From the IMG/VR virus record IMGVR_UViG_3300008113_000003, positions 124,001 to 188,000 of that record: a stretch of DNA of 64,000 bases; one strand, written 5' to 3'. Below are positions 28,985-37,875 of this stretch, in pieces. The notes under the pieces are model-generated. The model was not told the DNA's origin, did not search any database, and saw nothing but the letters and a program-made list of their open reading frames with translations. Position 1 is the first letter of the stretch, and each line of letters opens with the position of its first letter. Both the position numbers and the translations under genes were made by a program.

Positions 28985-30156
28985 TGTTGTAGCAAATAGC
29001 TCCCTTTAACATCTTTTCTCTGAGCACCAACATCACTATCACCAGTTGGTAATACAATCACATTGTATTTAAGTGGTTCTCCTTGCGTTGTTGGTAGTTC
29101 ATCTGTGTATACGATTGATTCGTAAGGTACGTTGTATTTAACACTTATACGGTTCTTTAAACTTTCTTTAGCCGCATCATCAATAAATGTCGCTTTACCT
29201 TTTTCATCTTTAACATAATGAGGACCCTCTTTTTTGAAAATATCTTTAAATAATTCTTTTGGTACTATTTTAGAAATTTTAGCTGTTTCTGTATCGACTT
29301 TAGCTGTTTCTTTCTTATTTGCATCATCCGAAAAATTCATAACAAAGTTTGGATCAGCAATATTAGCGATATCCCCCATTTTTGTATACGCATAAGACTC
29401 AACGTTGTAACCAGCTTCAAGTAATTGATTTGTTACACTAATTGCTATATCATAGTATCTTTTAGCAAAAAAATCACCCGCATCGTTCCATCTCAAGATT
29501 AATTTAATATCAACCTTATCTTTTTTTGATTGTCTTTTAAGACTATAAGCTAAAGGGTCTAATTCATCCATTATTATGTTTTCATAAGTTTCTGGATCGT
29601 TTAATAGTAAATTAAGTCTTTGTGTATATTTTAGGTTTTTACCATCGTTCATAATGTAGAAACCTTTTCTAGCGTAGCAATCAATCGCACAAGATCCAGC
29701 CCCAGGACAAGTATTTATTGTGTAGAATTTACCTTGGTCCTTATCGTAAAGAATACTTCTTAACGCTGGTATACCAGTATTAACAGTATATTGTAAACCA
29801 CCCCTATCACTTTTTTCCATTTTAGGGTTTCTATCAAATATTTGTTTTGGTAATGCCGTAATTTGTTTAATAAAATGGTCGATATCTATTTCACCCTCGT
29901 TATCAGTTGGTATATTACCACCACTAATAATAGGTTCATTTGCACTTATCTTACCCCTATCTTTTGACGGTTTACCTAATCTATCTAGTTGCGAATTTAA
30001 CATACTAACAACAGATTCTGGGGATAAACAACTCTTTTTAACATCACTAAAATCCTTTTCCCAGTCAACCTCAGATATATTTGTAGACTCATTTAAACGA
30101 AAACTAAATAATTCTTTTGTTCTGAGTATTGCGTTATTAAATTTGTTATTGGTCAT
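28981..30156 (-). CDS. GP88-like protein with a Cys cluster (about 391 aa; start at 30156 preferred over 30246)
   Basis: TCPGAGSCAIDCYARKG, LRWNDAGDF and YAYTK motifs; the longer start would overlap the divergent neck gene. Confidence 0.6.
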   Translation of the reverse strand: MTNNKFNNAILRTKELFSFRLNESTNISEVDWEKDFSDVKKSCLSPESVVSMLNSQLDRLGKPSKDRGKISANEPIISGGNIPTDNEGEIDIDHFIKQITALPKQIFDRNPKMEKSDRGGLQYTVNTGIPALRSILYDKDQGKFYTINTCPGAGSCAIDCYARKGFYIMNDGKNLKYTQRLNLLLNDPETYENIIMDELDPLAYSLKRQSKKDKVDIKLILRWNDAGDFFAKRYYDIAISVTNQLLEAGYNVESYAYTKMGDIANIADPNFVMNFSDDANKKETAKVDTETAKISKIVPKELFKDIFKKEGPHYVKDEKGKATFIDDAAKESLKNRISVKYNVPYESIVYTDELPTTQGEPLKYNVIVLPTGDSDVGAQRKDVKGSYLLQH

Positions 30157-30199
30157 AATATTCCCGTATTTAAAAGTATTTATTATAAATATTAGGAAC

Positions 30200-31291
30200 A
30201 TGAGAATAAATCCAACCGAAAAGCAAAAAATATACAAACAAGCCAAACATAGGCTTGGGGCTCCTATTAGGAAGATTCAATTAGAAGATGAACAAATGGA
30301 CTCACTTCTTGAAATCGCTACAGAAGATTATGTTGAGTTTATTAATAATTGGTTGATTGAACACCAATGGCCGAGTTTGATTGGTTTAAGCGTTAGCGAA
30401 GCTGATTTAACCAGGGCTTTTATTTATAGAACTTTTGATTTAGTCACACAATACACATACTCCTACTCAAAAATTGTTGGTTTGGGTGCTGGTGAGGGTG
30501 GTTATGTTCTTAAAAAAGATTACGTTGAGTTAGTTAAGGGTCAACAAATATATGAGATTCCAGCAAATAGAGAGATAAATGAAGTGTTATGGTTTACACC
30601 AGCTTCATTGGATCAATCTGTAATCGACCCATTCTTAGGTGTTTGGAACAATCAATTCGGTGCCGAATATATGGGTTTGGGTAGTTATTACATTTTACCA
30701 GCTTTTGACATTTTAATGAGAACAACGGATAGAAACCTTAAAAATAGGATGATTCGTTCTGAGTTAATATATAAGATCACAAATGCGCCTGATGGCAAAA
30801 AATATCTTCATTTAATGAATACGCCAGGTGGTAAATTTGACTTTAGGGGTTCAATGCTAGATCAAGGTAAATGTTGGTATTGGTATTATGATATTAACCC
30901 ATTAATTAAAGATGATTGTTTGGCAAAAAACAAAGATATCATTAAATCACCAGCTGATGTTCCTCTGGATGATATATCATTTGATGACCTAAATGATCCA
31001 GCTAAAGTTTGGATTAGAAGATATTTTATTGCTTTGTGTAAAGAAACTTTGGGTAGAGTAAGAGGTACTTTTGGTGGTAAAATACCAGTTCCAGACGCAA
31101 ATATGGAAATTGAATACCAGTCACTTTTATCAGAAGGTAAGGATGAAATGGTTACACTTAAAAAAGAATTAGAGGACAGAATGTTCAAATTAAACCCATT
31201 GGAAATTCTTAAAAGAATGTCTACTGAGGCTGAAGAAATTAACAAAGCTCTTAAATACAGAGCGTTCCAAAAACCAATTAAGATTATATAA
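30200..31291 (+). CDS. Neck / head-tail adaptor (T4 gp13-like), about 363 aa; start at 30200 preferred
   Basis: HRLGAPIRKIQLEDEQM..LLEIA; WIRRYFIALCKETLGRVRG.FGG.IP. Confidence 0.75.
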   Translation: MRINPTEKQKIYKQAKHRLGAPIRKIQLEDEQMDSLLEIATEDYVEFINNWLIEHQWPSLIGLSVSEADLTRAFIYRTFDLVTQYTYSYSKIVGLGAGEGGYVLKKDYVELVKGQQIYEIPANREINEVLWFTPASLDQSVIDPFLGVWNNQFGAEYMGLGSYYILPAFDILMRTTDRNLKNRMIRSELIYKITNAPDGKKYLHLMNTPGGKFDFRGSMLDQGKCWYWYYDINPLIKDDCLAKNKDIIKSPADVPLDDISFDDLNDPAKVWIRRYFIALCKETLGRVRGTFGGKIPVPDANMEIEYQSLLSEGKDEMVTLKKELEDRMFKLNPLEILKRMSTEAEEINKALKYRAFQKPIKII

Positions 31292-32946
31292 TGTTTTATA
31301 CAGCCCTAGATAATAGTGATTATTTTGATTTAATTGTCACAAAAGATTGTCGTGATTTTTATCGTGATTATAACGAATGTAATTTAATAAATATTAATAT
31401 TACTGAAAATCTATGCTCAATACCTGGGAGTATTCAAACAGAAGAAGTTGAATTAAAAAACATAACGTTAACAGGTTATGATAATTTTTTTATACCCAAC
31501 GGAGAGATATCAAATATCAATAATTTCACGGGTGACACAATAGGATACACTGTGAATGAAAATATTGTTGTTGACGTTAATAAAGATTTAACATATGTTA
31601 TTGAAACTGGTGATACTTTTTGTTTTCATGAAATATCTGGTTATAGCGGAAATTACTGTTATGAGATTGATCACCTAAATGTTGACAATGGTATATACTA
31701 TAATAAATTAAATGGCGGTTTTTACCAGGGATTCTACAAAATTTTTGGTGAAAATGTTGAGTGGTTCCCAGCTAGAGCAAAAATGGGTTGGACCGTTGAT
31801 ATGGTTGTCCATTTCCCAATGGATGTACCAGGTAGTTCAGGGTCATCTGGTAGTTCAGGGTCTTCTGGATCATCTGGCAGTTCTGGTTCTTTTGGGTCTT
31901 CTGGATCATCAGGTAGTTCTGGGTCATCTGGTAGTTCAGGGTCTTCTGGATCATCTGGTAATTGCGTAACTCTAAATAAAGTATATCCAAATAATAGCGG
32001 TTTTATTTTTTATCTGGGGACAAGAGCTGAAAATAAATTTGCTGATAAAACTGATATTGAAATTCAAAGATTTGAGGATAATTACGACATAGTACCTCTA
32101 AACACAACAAATTTATTTACCTATAATAACCTAATAACATTAAATGGTTTAACGAATTATATTGGTTATTTTAATTATTATAATGGTTTAATGTATACTG
32201 GTAGAAATTATACAGTAGACTCACAACCTTTACAATACCACCAAGAATATAGTGATCTCACGTATAATGCGTTTGGTATAAGAGTCACCAATGATGGTAG
32301 AATCGGTTACAGAACAATATACCCAACTGATATATGTTATACAGGCGTAACCCAAGAAGTTAGTGGTATAACAAACAACTCGTTTATTATGGACCCAATT
32401 GATGACTGTGTTAATTATACAAGATCACTAATTGTTACAAAATATTTTACAATAGAGGAGTGTTATACAAAAAACCCTGTTATTGATGTAACGGAAAATA
32501 AATTCTTGAATATAACTGGTGTATTTGAAAGAGATTTTTCTTATGGGAATAACTGTCAGTTAAAATATGGTGATTATAAAAAAGGTACCTTCTCAATATA
32601 CCTTAATGGGTTCTTAGTTTTTAGGAATAGGAATTTTGTTGAGGTGATACCACATGAATTAGATATTGATTCGAAATACCAGGAAGGTGTCCCCTTTAAT
32701 ATTTCATTTGGTGGTGGGACCCAAAGCTTAATCGACCCTGTGGTATTTGATGAAAACAAAGTACTTGGTACTGTTTTAGAAAGATTTTTTGCTGGAACAT
32801 TCCTAGGTGGTGTTAAATCAATTAAAATGTATTGTGTACCATTGTACACTGTTGAGGTTAAAAAAGAATTTAGAAATATTGCGGGTATATATAATTTGCC
32901 GATAATAAAGGGTGGTAGACAGATATTTATAAAAAATTTATTCTAA
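31291..32946 (+). CDS. Hypothetical virion protein with an internal (Gly-Ser-Ser)n tract (551 aa)
   Basis: TAATG coupling to the neck gene; beta-rich, possibly LamG-like C-terminal part (weak). Confidence 0.7.
   Translation: MFYTALDNSDYFDLIVTKDCRDFYRDYNECNLININITENLCSIPGSIQTEEVELKNITLTGYDNFFIPNGEISNINNFTGDTIGYTVNENIVVDVNKDLTYVIETGDTFCFHEISGYSGNYCYEIDHLNVDNGIYYNKLNGGFYQGFYKIFGENVEWFPARAKMGWTVDMVVHFPMDVPGSSGSSGSSGSSGSSGSSGSFGSSGSSGSSGSSGSSGSSGSSGNCVTLNKVYPNNSGFIFYLGTRAENKFADKTDIEIQRFEDNYDIVPLNTTNLFTYNNLITLNGLTNYIGYFNYYNGLMYTGRNYTVDSQPLQYHQEYSDLTYNAFGIRVTNDGRIGYRTIYPTDICYTGVTQEVSGITNNSFIMDPIDDCVNYTRSLIVTKYFTIEECYTKNPVIDVTENKFLNITGVFERDFSYGNNCQLKYGDYKKGTFSIYLNGFLVFRNRNFVEVIPHELDIDSKYQEGVPFNISFGGGTQSLIDPVVFDENKVLGTVLERFFAGTFLGGVKSIKMYCVPLYTVEVKKEFRNIAGIYNLPIIKGGRQIFIKNLF
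31831..31959 (+). repeat. About 14 tandem Gly-Ser-Ser triplets (9-bp degenerate coding repeat)
   Basis: ggtagttcagggtcatct... repeated; translation GSSGSS...GSFGSS...G. Confidence 0.95.
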
Positions 32947-33347
32947 TGATATTCAGTATAAGACAAAATGCAACATTACCTATCTTAAAAATGAAAGTTT
33001 TTAGAGATGGACGCAACGATTTTAGACGCTTTGAGGAGTTGATTGAAAATTGTGTGGCCACATTTGCCATGAAAGATGAAAAAACTGGTATATATAAAGT
33101 TGCTAATAAAGCTGCAAATGTTGTACTTGAAAATCCTTGTGATGAAAATGGTTACAAACATTATATCATAACATACCAGTTTACAAAAGATGACACGGAC
33201 AAACCTGGGGTTTTTCTTGGTGAGTTTAAATTAACGTTATTCGATCTTGCCAACCCAACAGAAGTCTATGGCGAACTAATAGCCCCTATTCAAGAGGAAC
33301 TATACATACACATCTTAGATTCATTCGTAAAAACAGATATTATTTAA
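32946..33347 (+). CDS. Small virion protein, BppU N-terminal-like Ig fold (133 aa)
   Basis: IRQNATLPILKM...YQFTKDDTDKPGVFLGEFKL pattern; GATATTTATA 14 nt upstream. Confidence 0.5.
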   Translation: MIFSIRQNATLPILKMKVFRDGRNDFRRFEELIENCVATFAMKDEKTGIYKVANKAANVVLENPCDENGYKHYIITYQFTKDDTDKPGVFLGEFKLTLFDLANPTEVYGELIAPIQEELYIHILDSFVKTDII

Positions 33348-33352
33348 GTTTT

Positions 33353-33383
33353 TTTGTTTTTTTAGATTTTATACTTATATTTG
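33353..33383 (+). promoter_or_regulatory. Bacteroidota-type housekeeping promoter of the DNA polymerase
   Basis: TTTG (33353-33356), 19-nt spacer, TATATTTG (33376-33383), matching TTTG-N19-21-TAnnTTTG. Confidence 0.7.
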
Positions 33384-33393
33384 TGCCAAAATA

Positions 33394-36300
33394 ATGATTA
33401 TGGCCGAATACAAGATTTCCCTTGAAGAGATAGAAAAGTTTTTAAATGGGCACGATGATGAGAAATACATCGTGAATGTTGAGTACGATGCCGAAACTAA
33501 TCTGATCCATAAAGTTAAACAAGATCCAGAAAGGGGTAATTATATTGAAACCGAACCATTACTCGCTTTCATGTGGATTAAAAACCTTAATAAAATTAAG
33601 GAACTAACCAATTTTTACGGTAATAGTGATGCCAAAATTAAGTCCGCTAGACAAAGATTTGGTATTGAAATCAAAGCTTTAGGTGGTGACCACCCAAAGT
33701 TAATTGACGGTTATAGGTATTTGGTTACATGTAATCAGGGTCACAAAAGAATGTTAGATTTTTTTAGAGAGGGTGGTATTTTTGTTTACGACAAAAGACA
33801 TGATATTAACACTCATTTCTTAATGATATCACCTGTCGAGCAGTATTTTATACATACTGGTAAGCGTTTGTTTAAGGGATTTGAAGAATACGATGAGATT
33901 CACAAATTTATATTTGACTTAGAGACAACAGGGTTAGACCCAGCCATCAATCGTATTTTCTTGATTGGTATCTACACCAATTTAGGCGTTAGAGAAATCA
34001 TACCCGTTGAAGATGATGATGAATCTGAAAGACAAGCCATTACAAAATTCTTTGAGAAAATTAATGAGATTAAACCAACCATCATTGCTGGTTATAATAG
34101 TGCAAACTTTGACTGGCCATTCTTCTTTAAAAGATGTGAAATTCTTGGTTTAAATATTCAGGATATCGCAATTACCTTAAAAGTTGGTGAATTAATCAAC
34201 AACAAAGATAGTATTTTAAAGCTGGGTAACGAGGTTGAGGACTACACCCAAACTAATATGTTTGGTTATAGCGTTATCGATATCATACACTCAGCTAGAC
34301 GTGCACAAGCAATTGATTCAAGCATGAAATCGGTTGGTTTGAAATATGTTTGTAAGTATAACAAGATTGCAAAAAAGAATCGTGTTTATATTGTTGGTGA
34401 TAAAATTGGTAACACATGGTACTCAAAAGATAAATTTTATTTTGATGATAGAACAGGTGCCTACTCTAAAACAAAACCAGCTTTGGAGTTCATGGATTAC
34501 ATTCGTAGAGAAGATGTTCAGGCTAACCCAGATAAAGTGTTTGTTTTTGGTGATAATATTTTAAGACAAGGACTTGGCGGTCAGGCAAAAGAAATGCGTG
34601 GAGAACCGAATGTCATTGGTATCGTAACCAAGCACACCCCAGAATCAACACCAGAATCTTATTTCAATGATAAGGATTTTGAAATACTTAAAAAACACAT
34701 AGATTCCGATATTAATCAAATAATCGAAAAGATTAAAGAAGGTAAGACAATCGTTTTCCCTAAAATGGGTATCGGTACAGGTTTGGCTCAGTTAGATATG
34801 AGAGCCCCAAAAACATTCAAGTATCTAAAGGGTTTATTAAGTGCGTTACGTGATTACATTAATACTTTTCAAGAAGTTGATGGTAGATATATCGTTGAGC
34901 GTTACTTGATTGATGACTTATGGGAAACTATGGAAGTGGACGATGTTTATAACCAGTCATCGTTCTTGTTAGCTAAATTAGTACCAACAACATATCAAAG
35001 GGTTTCTACCATGGGTACAGCTGGTCTATGGAAATTATTGATGATGACGTATTCATTTGAAAATGATTTGGCAATACCAGTATCGGATGTTAAAAGAGAT
35101 TACACAGGTGGTTTATCAAGATTATTTAAAGTTGGTTATTCAACCACTTTAAGAAAGATGGACTACAACTCACTTTACCCAGCTATTCAGTTGGCCCATG
35201 ATGTATTCCCAAGTGTTGATGTTAACGGTGCGATGAAATCGATGTTAAAGTATTTCCACACCGAACGTTTTAAAGCTAAAAACTTAGCCAGCAAATACAA
35301 AAAAGAAGGTAATTACCAATTGGCTGACAAATATAAACGTAAACAATTACCACTTAAGATCTTTATTAACTCGATGTTCGGTGCCCTTGGTGCACCTATG
35401 GCTTTCCAATGGGCTGAAATTGATGTCAGTGAACGTATTACTTGTACGGCAAGACAATACTTAAGATTAATGGTTACATTCTTCCTTAAACGTGGGTACA
35501 CGCCTTTAGTACTTGATACGGATGGTGTTAACTTCATGGCACCAAAGAACGGTGAGCCATTTACCTATATCGGTAAGGGTTTAAATGATGAGGTTGAAGC
35601 TGGTAAAGAATATACTGGTGTTAAAGCTGTGGTAGCTGAATTTAATGACACCTATATGCGTGGTGAGATGGGTCTTGGTTTAGATGGTATTTGGCCAGCG
35701 ACAATTAACTTATCTAGGAAAAATTACGCTTTACTAGAAGATGACGGGTCAATTAGTTTAACTGGTAACAGTATCAAATCAAAAGCTATGCCCGTTTACA
35801 TTGAAGAGTTTTTGGGTAAGGGTATGAAAATGTTATTGAATGGTCATGGCTATGAGTTTGTACAATATTACTACGAATACGCTGAGAAAGTGTGTAATAG
35901 AGAAATACCTTTAGCTAAGATTGCCACAAAAGCTAGGGTTAAGAAGTCGATAAATGCTTATATAAATCGTGGTGGTGATAAAAATGGTAAGCAGTTGGCA
36001 AAACAAGCTCACATGGAGTTGGCAATAAAACATAATCTTGATGTTAATCTTGGTGATACAATTTATTATGTTAATAATGGTAAAACAAAATCACATGGTG
36101 ATGCCCAAGAAAATAAGGATGGGGAAATGTATGCAACATTGGTACCAAATGAAATTATTGAAAACCAACCAGATTATATTGGTGAATACAATGTACCTAA
36201 ATATTTAGAAGCCTTAAATAAAAAGGTTGAACCTTTATTAGTTGCGTTTCCACTTGAAGTTAGAGATAAAATTTTAATTAAAAAATCTGGCGAAAGAACA

Positions 36301-36498
36301 ATGTTCTTAAGATCTGAGTTAGATTTGGTAAACGACCAACCTACAGATATTGAAGACCAAGACACTTTAGAAGAATTTTTTACCCCATCTCAAATGGAAA
36401 AAGAATTCTGGGCTAAAATGAATTATGAATCAGATTATTGGTTTTCAGATAAAATAACTTTCAAAATACCTGGTTTAGACGAAGAATTTACGGTATAG
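33394..36498 (+). CDS. polB: Family B DNA polymerase with an inserted extra domain (1034 aa)
   Basis: ExoI FDLETTGL, ExoII YNSANFD, ExoIII YLIDD; Pol motifs DYNSLYP, KIFINSMFG, DTDG; insertion at about aa 367-482. Confidence 0.95.
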   Translation: MIMAEYKISLEEIEKFLNGHDDEKYIVNVEYDAETNLIHKVKQDPERGNYIETEPLLAFMWIKNLNKIKELTNFYGNSDAKIKSARQRFGIEIKALGGDHPKLIDGYRYLVTCNQGHKRMLDFFREGGIFVYDKRHDINTHFLMISPVEQYFIHTGKRLFKGFEEYDEIHKFIFDLETTGLDPAINRIFLIGIYTNLGVREIIPVEDDDESERQAITKFFEKINEIKPTIIAGYNSANFDWPFFFKRCEILGLNIQDIAITLKVGELINNKDSILKLGNEVEDYTQTNMFGYSVIDIIHSARRAQAIDSSMKSVGLKYVCKYNKIAKKNRVYIVGDKIGNTWYSKDKFYFDDRTGAYSKTKPALEFMDYIRREDVQANPDKVFVFGDNILRQGLGGQAKEMRGEPNVIGIVTKHTPESTPESYFNDKDFEILKKHIDSDINQIIEKIKEGKTIVFPKMGIGTGLAQLDMRAPKTFKYLKGLLSALRDYINTFQEVDGRYIVERYLIDDLWETMEVDDVYNQSSFLLAKLVPTTYQRVSTMGTAGLWKLLMMTYSFENDLAIPVSDVKRDYTGGLSRLFKVGYSTTLRKMDYNSLYPAIQLAHDVFPSVDVNGAMKSMLKYFHTERFKAKNLASKYKKEGNYQLADKYKRKQLPLKIFINSMFGALGAPMAFQWAEIDVSERITCTARQYLRLMVTFFLKRGYTPLVLDTDGVNFMAPKNGEPFTYIGKGLNDEVEAGKEYTGVKAVVAEFNDTYMRGEMGLGLDGIWPATINLSRKNYALLEDDGSISLTGNSIKSKAMPVYIEEFLGKGMKMLLNGHGYEFVQYYYEYAEKVCNREIPLAKIATKARVKKSINAYINRGGDKNGKQLAKQAHMELAIKHNLDVNLGDTIYYVNNGKTKSHGDAQENKDGEMYATLVPNEIIENQPDYIGEYNVPKYLEALNKKVEPLLVAFPLEVRDKILIKKSGERTMFLRSELDLVNDQPTDIEDQDTLEEFFTPSQMEKEFWAKMNYESDYWFSDKITFKIPGLDEEFTV

Positions 36499-36520
36499 TT
36501 GAAATATTACTTAAATTACC

Positions 36521-36530
36521 GATATTTATA
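36521..36530 (+). promoter_or_regulatory. Putative phage late promoter GATATTTATA
   Basis: Exact motif 13 nt upstream of ATG 36544; recurs before many genes (see findings). Confidence 0.65.
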
Positions 36531-36543
36531 GATAAAATATCGA

Positions 36544-37116
36544 ATGTCACAAAGTAATAATATAAAAGAATTTATTGATCAGGATGGTGATATAATCAGT
36601 GGTGACAAAAAATACATTGATTACACTAGCACAACCCATGATACAACCGATGCTACTATTTTGAAAACAAGACAACCGTTTGTTTTTCAAAACTATAGAA
36701 GATATTACGGTGAATCTGTACTACCTTTTAATAACGAAGCTGACTATTGTAAAGGTAACCCTAAAAAGTTTTATGAGTTTTTAGAAAAAAAGGGTATGGA
36801 GCATACTTTTGAGGACTACTTCACTGAGGTAAAACCCAAAAAAGATGTTAAACCAGTAATTGACCCAAAAGATAAGCTAAAAGAAATCGCTAAAGAAAAA
36901 GCGTTTAAAATGCTTGAAGACCTTCTTTCAAAAAGAACTGATAGTGATTACCTTATCTCGAAAGAGATGCCAACGAGCATTGAAGAGGTTAAAGATAAAG
37001 AAAAATTACTTTTTGATAAATTTGACAAGATAGTTGAATTTTTCAGAGACAACCTAAATGAAGGGGAGAAAAAATTATTACTTTCTTATTTTGAAAACTC
37101 ATTAAAAAATGGATAA
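36544..37116 (+). CDS. Hypothetical protein (190 aa)
   Basis: ORF track; coupled to the next gene. Confidence 0.75.
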   Translation: MSQSNNIKEFIDQDGDIISGDKKYIDYTSTTHDTTDATILKTRQPFVFQNYRRYYGESVLPFNNEADYCKGNPKKFYEFLEKKGMEHTFEDYFTEVKPKKDVKPVIDPKDKLKEIAKEKAFKMLEDLLSKRTDSDYLISKEMPTSIEEVKDKEKLLFDKFDKIVEFFRDNLNEGEKKLLLSYFENSLKNG

Positions 37117-37597
37117 TATACATGAAGAAAACTCAAAACTTTTAGGTAATTTCTATGAAGTACCTGAGGAAGTGTTGGTTTACGTAAAGTACGCTTTAAA
37201 TAAACATGGTGAGGATAATAAAACGGCTAAGGGTTATAAAAGAGCTAATCATATTGTTAATAACCCAAATCAACCGTTTGTTAATTTAGTTAACATTAAA
37301 AACTATTTTGACACCCTTGATCCAAATAACATTAATAACGTTGAGTTTGATTTGCATGGTGGTAAAGTAATGAATACTTGGGTCCAGGATTTAATAAAAA
37401 GGGAGAGAGAGCGAGTTGAGGGTAATAAAGTTGCTAGAACAAACGCTGGTATGGATGGTCAATTTAGAAAAGACTCTGAGGGTGATGAATTTAACACCGA
37501 TTTACCAAAAAACGTAATGGATACACCAGACATAATGTTTAATAGTGCATTACTTGAGGATATCAATAAAATAAAAAATTTAATAAATAAAATCTAA
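37109..37597 (+). CDS. Hypothetical protein (162 aa)
   Basis: ORF track; 8-nt overlap with the previous gene. Confidence 0.75.
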   Translation: MDNIHEENSKLLGNFYEVPEEVLVYVKYALNKHGEDNKTAKGYKRANHIVNNPNQPFVNLVNIKNYFDTLDPNNINNVEFDLHGGKVMNTWVQDLIKRERERVEGNKVARTNAGMDGQFRKDSEGDEFNTDLPKNVMDTPDIMFNSALLEDINKIKNLINKI

Positions 37598-37599
37598 TC

Positions 37600-37863
37600 A
37601 TGGCTGACAATATTTTAAAAGTACCAGCGTCAGAGCAATTAAGACAAGTTGCTTTTGAGGAAAGAGAGGGTAAATTAGTCCCAATCAACGAATATAAACC
37701 GAACTCTTTTGAATATAGCGCAACAAACCCTAACGCACTTAGTGGTGACGCTAAAGGAAAAGGTGACATTGGTAATACTACTGATGTTGAAGAAAGATCA
37801 AAATTAGTTGCTGTTAACAATTATAAAGATACCAACACATATCCAGATTCATCTGTAGTTTAA
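37600..37863 (+). CDS. Hypothetical protein (87 aa)
   Basis: ORF track; tight operon spacing. Confidence 0.7.
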   Translation: MADNILKVPASEQLRQVAFEEREGKLVPINEYKPNSFEYSATNPNALSGDAKGKGDIGNTTDVEERSKLVAVNNYKDTNTYPDSSVV

Positions 37864-37875
37864 TTTTTTTTATTT

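Noticed and set aside
30143-30246. ORF-track starts at 30143 (+) and 30246 (-)
   Set aside because: They would make divergent genes overlap by about 100 nt and bury both promoter motifs; internal ATGs at 30200 and 30156 fit better
31712-31990. Alternative-frame ORFs over the GSS tract (31712-31969 +, 31772-31990 -)
   Set aside because: By-products of the 9-bp periodic repeat suppressing stops; no initiation signals
34492-34839. Intein or intron in the DNA polymerase
   Set aside because: No N-terminal C/S, no C-terminal HN followed by C/S/T, no LAGLIDADG or HNH motif, and the frame is continuous; better explained as a domain insertion
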